The notes beneath the pieces are model-generated. The model had not been told where the DNA came from. It did not search any database and was given only the letters and a program-made list of their open reading frames with translations. DNA of 60,645 nt, filler included, from Barthelona sp. PAP020 (Eukaryota): NCBI GenBank assembly GCA_040182905.1. It is 6 parts of 6 records of this genome, joined end to end, with 100 filler letters (N's around TTAATTAATTAA, not from the genome) between each part and the next. Parts side by side here need not be neighbours in the genome. Positions count along the whole stretch, not along the records: positions 50,831 to 60,645 come from JARQWU010000416.1; 5 more parts are not named here. One strand, 5' to 3'. Both the position numbers and the translations under genes were made by a program. Positions 53,274-60,645 of this stretch are shown one piece after another. Position 1 is the stretch's first letter, and each line of letters starts with the position of its first letter.

Positions 53274-53789
53274 ATGAATTTTCCATTTGATTCGTTTGAC
53301 CAGAACAATGATGATAACAACGATGATTTTGATTTAAATCACGATGTTCCAACAACAACAAACATTTCCAATCCTCAATCCATTTACAATCCTCATGGAA
53401 TTGACTCCAATTCATCAAGTGTCAATCAACCAAACACAACAACCACATCTAATAGTCAAAGACCCTTAAATATTCCTTCTATGAATGCAAATGTAGCTTC
53501 AAAAGAAGCAAAACCCTCACGTGAAGAATTGGAGTCAAATGAAGATGATTATGTTAATGTTTATGTTAGAAATGAATCTGGTCAGGACGCAAGATTTAAA
53601 TTGAAAAAAACTGCTCGTTTGGCAAAATTGATGAAAGTTTATCATGTTCGTCAAGGTTTCCCTCTCAACACTTTCAGATTTATTTTTGATGGTGATGTAA
53701 TTCATCCTGATGATACACCCCAAAAACTTGGAATGCAAGATAAAGACCTGATTGAAGTAATGTTTGAGCAAGAAGGTGGATATTTGTAA
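53274..53789 (+). CDS. SUMO: SUMO-family ubiquitin-like protein with an extended N-terminus
   Basis: FKLKKTARLAKLMKVY..RQG...FRFIFDG..I...DTPQKLGMQDKDLIEV..EQEGG-YL. ATG at 53274; alternative start at 53481. Confidence 0.9.
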   Translation: MNFPFDSFDQNNDDNNDDFDLNHDVPTTTNISNPQSIYNPHGIDSNSSSVNQPNTTTTSNSQRPLNIPSMNANVASKEAKPSREELESNEDDYVNVYVRNESGQDARFKLKKTARLAKLMKVYHVRQGFPLNTFRFIFDGDVIHPDDTPQKLGMQDKDLIEVMFEQEGGYL

Positions 53790-53943
53790 ACAATTCAGTT
53801 TTCTTTTTTCCCAAAAAAAAATTATTTTTATTGTATTACGGCTTTAAATTGTCTCAAATTTCACTTAGTAATTGAAAAAACAAAGAATTAAGTTTTGAAG
53901 AAAAAAGAATCATTCTTCCCTTTTCTCATATTTTTTTTTTATC

Positions 53944-54627
53944 ATGCAAAAAGTCTTTGTTCTAGCTCTTGCTTTGGCTGTTGTTCTTGCTGTGAATAAC
54001 GGTGACAAACGTTATGAAAAGGATGTTAAGTACAACAATATTGGTCAAATTGAACATTCCATTGTTGACTCCAAGAAAAGTGATCAAGTTATCATTCCTC
54101 CTAAGAATGGTGTTTCCACTGCTGAAGCTGATGCTATTATTGCGACTATTGATAAGTTTATTACTCTTGGTGAAAGAATATATTCTATCGTTGAAAAGGG
54201 TAAACCTGTTACTAATGTCAACTTAGCTAAACTTTCTGTTGTTCCCAAAGGTCTTTCCAGTTGGACTGATCTTGAAGGATGGAGAGGACCCAGTTCTGTC
54301 ACTTATTCTATCACTTATAAGAACCTTTATGGTTTCCAAGTTGTGAAATTAGAATATCAAATTCAAACTCAATATGGTGGATCTCTTGATGGTCATGGAC
54401 ATTTTATTCATGATGCTCGTGTCGTTCCTCAAACAGTTAACGTTGCTTGGGGATGGAGTTGCTCTGTTGATATTGAAATTACTGATCCTGTTAATCGTGG
54501 AACTAAAGCTGATCCCAATCCTCAAATCATTGCCCATGTTAAATATAGTGTTGGTACTGTTCTTTCCAGTTCTACTCACACTTATTCTTATGCTATTGAT
54601 GGTTATGGACACATCAGTGAAGTGTAA
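53944..54627 (+). CDS. Secreted uncharacterised protein (signal peptide, amphipathic helix, beta-rich domain)
   Basis: MQKVFVLALALAVVLA signal peptide, helix IIATIDKFITLGERIYSIVE, beta-rich W/Y/G-rich domain. Strong GGT/GTT/GCT/ACT codon bias. Confidence 0.85.
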   Translation: MQKVFVLALALAVVLAVNNGDKRYEKDVKYNNIGQIEHSIVDSKKSDQVIIPPKNGVSTAEADAIIATIDKFITLGERIYSIVEKGKPVTNVNLAKLSVVPKGLSSWTDLEGWRGPSSVTYSITYKNLYGFQVVKLEYQIQTQYGGSLDGHGHFIHDARVVPQTVNVAWGWSCSVDIEITDPVNRGTKADPNPQIIAHVKYSVGTVLSSSTHTYSYAIDGYGHISEV

Positions 54628-54678
54628 TTCTTTTATAAATGTTATTAACTTTTATTTTTATTTTAATGACAAATTGAC

Positions 54679-57600
54679 ATGGATTCTCGAAAAAGACCAC
54701 AAGATTTACCATGTGAATGGATGCAAAAGATATTTAATGAAATTGAAACGTTCAATGCAATGCAAAGTAGAGTTTTTGATGAGTCGTTTTTTAATGATAA
54801 AAATATGTTGATTTGTGCCCCAACAGGTGCTGGAAAAACAAATATTGCATTGTTTGGATTATTAAAAGGATTGCAAAATCATTTAGAACATAATTTAGGT
54901 AGAAGTAATGACATAGATTTTCAAAGAATACACGATAAACAATGGTTTAAAGAATTTAAATGTGTTTATTTAGCACCTATGAAGTCATTAGTACGAGAGA
55001 TCAAGAAGTCATTTGGTGAAAAGTTGCGTTTTTTATATTTAACAGTGAATGAATTGACTGGTGATTCATCTCTGAACGCTAAACAATTGAATGATACCAA
55101 TATTATTATTGCAACACCTGAAAAATGGGATATTGTATCAAGAAAATTATTTTATCATGAAGCAATTTTTCCCAAAGTATTAATTATCGATGAAATTCAT
55201 TTATTGCATGATAATCGAGGTGTAGTATTAGAAAACATAATGAGTCGTACTTTATTGAATCAAATTGATCAAAGAATCATTGGGTTGTCTGCAACAATCC
55301 CCAATTATGCTCAAGTTGGAGATTTATTATGTTTAGATGAAGATGAAAATACAACAAGCGTTTTTAACTTTAACGAGAGTTTTAGGCCAGTAGGATTGGA
55401 AAAAATTTTGGAAGAATTCACAGAAGAAGGATTTAAAGCAATGAATGAACGTGTTTGTGAAATTGTAACCGGTTTGGTTGAAGAAAATATAAATAATACA
55501 AAATTAGGAACAGGACAAGCTTTAGTTTTTGTGCATAGTCGAAAGGAAACAGCTAAATTAGCAAAAATAATCATGGATTACGTTAAAGATACGGACCAAA
55601 TTGATTTGTTTGAACCTAAACGTGAATTTAAGGTAATTCTCGATGAATTACTTGGAAATAAGGAAAGAATAGCCTATATGAATCAGAATTTGAAGTCATT
55701 ATTGAGTTATTCTATTGGTATTCATCATGCAGGTATGAATAAAGATGACCGTGAGTTAGTTGAAGATTTGTTTGCCAAAGGTGCTTTAAAAGTGTTAGTA
55801 TCTACTGCCACGCTTGCTTGGGGTGTGAATTTACCTGCTCAATGTGTTATTATTCGAGGAACGTCAATATATTCTCCAGAATTGGGAGAATATACTACCA
55901 TTTCACCTCAAGATGTTTTACAGATGCTTGGTAGGGCTGGTAGACCAAAATATGGAGTTCCTGGAATCGGGTATCTCTTAGTTGATAAAAGACATGCAGG
56001 TAGTCCAATTTTACGAGCTGTTATGGAAGGAAATTTTGAGATCGAATCTCGTTTTGAAAAAGGCATGATAAATTCAATTAATGCTGAAATTTATACTGGA
56101 ACTATAAATAATATTGAAGATTGCGTTAACTATTTAACGCATACCTTTTATTACATTCGATGTTTGCATGATGTGAATCTATATGATGAGAGAGATTTAT
56201 ATTTATTGGAGAAGTTTGAAAATATTTGTGATAGTCAATTAAAGAAGTTGGATGCGAATGGGTTTATACGATACAATGAATTGACTGGAAGGGTTGAGTG
56301 TCTGGCAAAGGGTAGAATTGCTGCTGAAACATATACATCAATAGAAACGATACAAGAATTTGATAGATTATTAGTGGGGGCGACCACAGGTTTTGAAATA
56401 AATACAATGGCAGGATTGATAGAAATTCTCGCAAACGCCATTGAATTTGATAACATTCACATTCAACCAGAAGAAAGGGAAGAAATTGTTCAATTATGTT
56501 CAAAAGTACCGTTTCCAATCGATGAAAAGGATGATAAAGTAATGAAATTTGGTGTATTATTGCAGTGTTATATCGCCAGATTGAACTTAAAGAATTTTAC
56601 CTGTTTTGGTGACAGTGCTTTTATTGGTCAAAATGCTGCCAGATTGTGTCGAGCTTTATTTGAATTAGCCAAGGCAAAGAACTTGTATCAAAGTTTTGAG
56701 AAATTATCTTTGTTATCTCGAATGATTGAATTGAGGGAATTTCCAATCTCAATTTCAAAAAATTCCAAAATATTTGGACTTGCTCAGGAAGAACATATTT
56801 TTTCTGTTAAAGAAGAAACAGTGGTTCCTGTTGGTTTCAATTTACTTCAGGTTCAGTTTATTATTGGACCCAAAGAGGATGATAATATGAATGATGAAGA
56901 TGTATCAACCATAGACAACGCTAAATCAATTATTCAACCTGTTGAATTAGTTATTGTTGATATTAATGGAGAAGAAATATTGTACAATGATTTCATTTTG
57001 TTCAATTCTACTTGTGACAACGTTGTAACATGTCAATTTGCATGGAATTACAATCAACCCATCATCAATTTGAAAGTCTTTTTTGAACGAAAATTGGTTG
57101 AGCCTTTTAGTCATTATATTGATTTAAGAAAGGTCTTAAAACCAATACAATCAAAACAAAAGGTTTTGGAACATTTAAATTTTCATGTTAACATGGATTC
57201 CACCATGATTAAAACCTTTGCAAACTTACGATTGGGTTCATCTTTTGCAATTTTTTCGAATGAATATTTGGATGCTATTGAAGAATTATTGAAATTTGAC
57301 GGATTTACCTTGTTTATATTCATTCCTGTGAATCGTTACAGGGCTTTTGACAAATATGAACGGATTTTAAAGAATTATCAAAATTTTAATGTTGACAATG
57401 GTGATAAATATTATACAGATGCTTTAAATTTCAATTCATTAAGTATGGATGAATTGATGAAATTTTCTCGTGTAGTCATTGTCGACAGTCAATTGATAGG
57501 TTCACCAAATGGGCAATATGTTGAAATGGGGTTAACAAAAATGTTAAACATGGCAACAAATGTGAAAATAACGTTATTAGGGTGTGATTGTGAAAATTAT

Positions 57601-58890
57601 TTGGATATATGTTCATGGTGTAATATTTCGATAGAAGATACATGTAGAATAGCAGGAACACCTAATTATAGGTATATTTTAACTGAACAAGTTCATACAC
57701 ACATACGATATAATGAATTGAGTAAAAAAATTTTGAAAACTATTTCACTAGAATCAGATGAAAAGTATTTGATTTTGGTTCCTTCTTTAAGATGTTACAA
57801 GCAATTTAAAGCTCAAACACCTGTAAAATATCATTCCTTATTGCACTATTATGAACTTGAACAGGAAAAGGATGAAATGCGAGCAAATAATCTATTTAAT
57901 GATTATAATGTTTTATTTATCAATAATTTTGATATTTATAGTTTAAATTTCAATGAAATTAATCAATTTTCAGCAAAAATTATTATTTTGGATGGTACTG
58001 TTTATGATAGCACAACTAAATCTTCCTCATTTTTACCTTTAGAATATTTCATATATTTAAATTGCATGAATTTGAATAATAATTATATTTCAGTGTATGG
58101 AAAGCCTTTGCTAAAGAATTATTTGAGTCAACCCATGTATGTTGAGTCCCAAATGCATCAAACACTTGATTTGGTTGTTTTACCTCTAATTTTAGAAAAA
58201 ATAGTGAATAATAATACACAATTTATAGACATTCTTTCTTCTTCCTATCTTTATTCAAGATTAAACAATAACCCATCTTTTTATGGTTACGAATCTGGAT
58301 TAAATCGTAAGACCCAAATTGATGTTTCAGAATTCCTTTCAAATCTGATAATCAATACTGTTTCAGAATTTGAAGAAAATGAACTTATTTCAATAAATAA
58401 TAACACTGGATCATTTCAATGTACACATATTGGAACAATTTCTGCAAAATATTTCATTTCCAAATATTCAGTTGATGAATTGGAACATCAAATTGATAAT
58501 TTGGATGAATTTACTTCAATTGATGAGGTCAAAAAACATTTATTGTTTTTATTGGCATCGTGTGATGAATTTGAATATATTTGGGTCAGTGATGATGATG
58601 TAGATGCAATGATTAGCCTAAAAGAACACCTTTATTATGAATTGAATGCAAATGATGAAATTACTCTTGAATTGGAAGATGCTCACACAAAAGCTTACGT
58701 GATTATTCAAAGTTTGCTCTTTAATATTTCAGTTCTTTTGAAAGCATTTGAGAGAGATATTGAATATGTTCTAAGCAATTTAAATAGGCTATTAAAAGCT
58801 CTGATTTTCCTTTTAAATGAAAAAGATATGAATAACCTTGTTAAAATTGCCGAAGAATGGTTGAATTCTTTATCCAATCATCAGCATTAA
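54679..58890 (+). CDS. BRR2: Brr2/SNRNP200-like Ski2-family RNA helicase, strongly reduced
   Basis: CAPTGAGKTN, APMKSLV, TPEKWD, IIDEIHLLHDNRG, GLSATIPNY, VFVHSRKET, IHHAGM, STATLAWGVNLPA, and the Brr2-type IYSPE...SPQDVLQMLGRAGRP. Sec63 remnants and a degenerate second cassette follow. ASCC3/Slh1 is not fully excluded. Confidence 0.82.
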   Translation: MDSRKRPQDLPCEWMQKIFNEIETFNAMQSRVFDESFFNDKNMLICAPTGAGKTNIALFGLLKGLQNHLEHNLGRSNDIDFQRIHDKQWFKEFKCVYLAPMKSLVREIKKSFGEKLRFLYLTVNELTGDSSLNAKQLNDTNIIIATPEKWDIVSRKLFYHEAIFPKVLIIDEIHLLHDNRGVVLENIMSRTLLNQIDQRIIGLSATIPNYAQVGDLLCLDEDENTTSVFNFNESFRPVGLEKILEEFTEEGFKAMNERVCEIVTGLVEENINNTKLGTGQALVFVHSRKETAKLAKIIMDYVKDTDQIDLFEPKREFKVILDELLGNKERIAYMNQNLKSLLSYSIGIHHAGMNKDDRELVEDLFAKGALKVLVSTATLAWGVNLPAQCVIIRGTSIYSPELGEYTTISPQDVLQMLGRAGRPKYGVPGIGYLLVDKRHAGSPILRAVMEGNFEIESRFEKGMINSINAEIYTGTINNIEDCVNYLTHTFYYIRCLHDVNLYDERDLYLLEKFENICDSQLKKLDANGFIRYNELTGRVECLAKGRIAAETYTSIETIQEFDRLLVGATTGFEINTMAGLIEILANAIEFDNIHIQPEEREEIVQLCSKVPFPIDEKDDKVMKFGVLLQCYIARLNLKNFTCFGDSAFIGQNAARLCRALFELAKAKNLYQSFEKLSLLSRMIELREFPISISKNSKIFGLAQEEHIFSVKEETVVPVGFNLLQVQFIIGPKEDDNMNDEDVSTIDNAKSIIQPVELVIVDINGEEILYNDFILFNSTCDNVVTCQFAWNYNQPIINLKVFFERKLVEPFSHYIDLRKVLKPIQSKQKVLEHLNFHVNMDSTMIKTFANLRLGSSFAIFSNEYLDAIEELLKFDGFTLFIFIPVNRYRAFDKYERILKNYQNFNVDNGDKYYTDALNFNSLSMDELMKFSRVVIVDSQLIGSPNGQYVEMGLTKMLNMATNVKITLLGCDCENYLDICSWCNISIEDTCRIAGTPNYRYILTEQVHTHIRYNELSKKILKTISLESDEKYLILVPSLRCYKQFKAQTPVKYHSLLHYYELEQEKDEMRANNLFNDYNVLFINNFDIYSLNFNEINQFSAKIIILDGTVYDSTTKSSSFLPLEYFIYLNCMNLNNNYISVYGKPLLKNYLSQPMYVESQMHQTLDLVVLPLILEKIVNNNTQFIDILSSSYLYSRLNNNPSFYGYESGLNRKTQIDVSEFLSNLIINTVSEFEENELISINNNTGSFQCTHIGTISAKYFISKYSVDELEHQIDNLDEFTSIDEVKKHLLFLLASCDEFEYIWVSDDDVDAMISLKEHLYYELNANDEITLELEDAHTKAYVIIQSLLFNISVLLKAFERDIEYVLSNLNRLLKALIFLLNEKDMNNLVKIAEEWLNSLSNHQH

Positions 58891-59152
58891 ATTTTGACAT
58901 TTGAGTTTTGAGTTTTTGGCAAAGTATTTTGAATGATTGGTTGAAATGGATATTATCTTTTGCATGTTTACAAATAACGTATCTATGCACAATTTTTTCA
59001 TAAAATGTTGAGAATAATTTATTTATTTTTTGAAATTAAATTAAATAAAATAAAATAAAATATAATATAATATAATTCTACAAATTTTTTCTTTTAGAAA
59101 TTAATAAAGGTTTATTTATTAGGAAAAGAATATACATATTCAATGTCAATTG

Positions 59153-59569
59153 TTATTTCCAGACCCAGAAGTACTATGCTTGTGAGTAAATGAAAAGGAA
59201 CAAAGTTCATTTAATACAAAACTTGAGAGTCCTAATTGATTCATTATTGGTCTAGTTGTGAAACAACTATATTTATTTACAAAGAAAGTAAACTCAGGAA
59301 ATTCATTCAAGCAAATTTCAGTCAAAATCCCAGGAGGGGAATTGAGGGACTGAAATGTAATTTGAACGATCAAGTAGGAGAATTTCGGAGAAATTCTTCA
59401 TTCCTTTTTTTTTTGCATTTTTCCAAAAGCAAAATTTTAATGTTTGAACTTTACCTTAGAAAATCTAAAGTTTTCAACAGATCAATCGGGCCTCGAAAGC
59501 CTTTAACCAAATAAACACTATTCTATTTTTATTCACTCATACGCACAGTGCTTCTTGGCTTGGAAATAA
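59153..59569. repeat. Degenerate inverted repeat (arms about 59153-59240 and 59481-59569)
   Basis: TTATTTCCAGACCCAGAAGTACTATGCTTGTGAGTAAATGAAAA versus reverse complement TTATTTCCAAGCCAAGAAGCACTGTGCGTATGAGTGAATAAAAA: 35 of 44 identical by hand count, with weaker similarity for about 45 more bases. Confidence 0.7.
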
Positions 59570-60455
59570 ATTCTTTAATTTTTTTTGATTTCTTTTTGGT
59601 AGGGGAAAATTTCAACCTCTTGATTTCACTTTCAGAATGTTTTGCTTGAAATTTAATTGAATGACTCTTCTGGGTTCAATTTCTTTCGTTTACCATTTAA
59701 TAACTAAACCAAAATTTCCACATTTGATCATCAAGACCTAATTTCAGCAGCTCTTTCTTTTTCTTTTGATTGAAATTTCTAAAGTGGTTTTTCCGAGTGT
59801 TTATCATAAATTTGCAATTTTGTTTGACGAACTTTAATCCACGTTAATCTTTTCTTATCGTGGGATTAGGAATAAAAAATATCAATTATAATGAGTTGTT
59901 TTTATTTATTTCAATTGAAGGTTATCACACAGCCAACTTTGAAGACTTTCATTGTGAAGGAAATTGAAGATGTGATTCTCCAAAGTACCCATCTTGTTTG
60001 CAGTTGTGTTTTCAATCATCCAATGTTACAATATAAAAGAAATAAAAAAGGAGTCCTTAATCGAAGAAAAATAAAGAACTTGATTCATTCATTTGACATA
60101 AGCAAGTTCAATTTACAAATTTCGTGAGCATCAATATGTCAATACCATCACTATATTGACAAATCTGTAAAAATATTCGAACAAACAACATTGCGATGAA
60201 CTTTCACAATTTTGTGCCTTTTTCACAATGTTTGAGTCAATATCGAAAGCACAACTGTGTGGATGAATTCGAAAATGGAAATCTCAAAGAATTAAATAAT
60301 CATTGACAAAAATATCTACAAACCAGTCTAATCATTCATTCATCTCATTTCAATGACGACCGCTTCAAAATAATGACTAATTTAGAGAAAAATTTCCAAG
60401 TACTTAACAAGAAAGAAAATCTTTTTTCCGATTTTTGAATTGCTTTTTACAGACA

Positions 60456-60645
60456 ATGGTTGTTAATAATGCAGTCAAGGAAATCGACCCTTACATTAAG
60501 CATAATATGAATCAAGTTGTTGTTCCTCATGGGTTTGATGTAGATGAATTTGAAGATGATGGTCTTCCAAAGAAGATTTATTATGCAGCATGTGATGGTA
60601 ATCTTGAGGTTGTCAAGCAATGTATCAAAGCTGGCGTTGATGTGA
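60456..60645 (+). CDS. Ankyrin-repeat protein, 5' fragment (cut by window end)
   Basis: Manual translation MVVNNAVKEIDPYIKHNMNQVVVPHGFDVDEFEDDGLPKKIYYAACDGNLEVVKQCIKAGVDV; the last part matches the ankyrin consensus. Confidence 0.8.
   Translation, partial: MVVNNAVKEIDPYIKHNMNQVVVPHGFDVDEFEDDGLPKKIYYAACDGNLEVVKQCIKAGVDV

Noticed and set aside
1..60645. CRISPR arrays, tRNA/rRNA genes, transposases or viral genes
   Set aside because: None was recognisable by eye. A tRNAscan-SE/Infernal run would be needed to exclude divergent small RNAs.

Overview
This is eukaryotic nuclear DNA: strongly AT-rich, gene-dense, nearly intron-free and in the standard genetic code. The organism is a flagellated protist (PF20/SPAG16, Vps34, SUMO, U2A', Brr2, Nop9, p24). 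An anaerobic metamonad-like lineage is a plausible inference but is not shown by the sequence. The window is not one locus. It is six contigs of about 10 kb (1-10266, 10367-20483, 20584-30617, 30718-40742, 40843-50730, 50831-60645), in decreasing length order, joined by artificial 100-bp spacers (44 N + TTAATTAATTAA + 44 N), so gene order across spacers has no meaning. About 30 coding regions are supported, several cut by contig ends, plus WD40 pseudogenes and one clear 41-nt spliceosomal intron. The strongest candidate for something new is a single ORF fusing a complete malate dehydrogenase in frame to the N-terminus of a malic enzyme (52130->50831, cut by the contig end), which would be a one-polypeptide oxaloacetate->malate->pyruvate shunt. 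Other highlights are a secreted helix-plus-beta-sheet protein with high-expression codon bias that may be a bacteriolytic effector, a 2131-aa coiled coil ending in a MAP65/PRC1-type domain, a heavily reduced Brr2, a 3216-aa HECT-type giant that stops before the catalytic lobe, and a cryptic degenerate inverted repeat. No tRNA, rRNA, CRISPR array or intact mobile element was seen. Family assignments come from motif recognition by eye, not from database searches.
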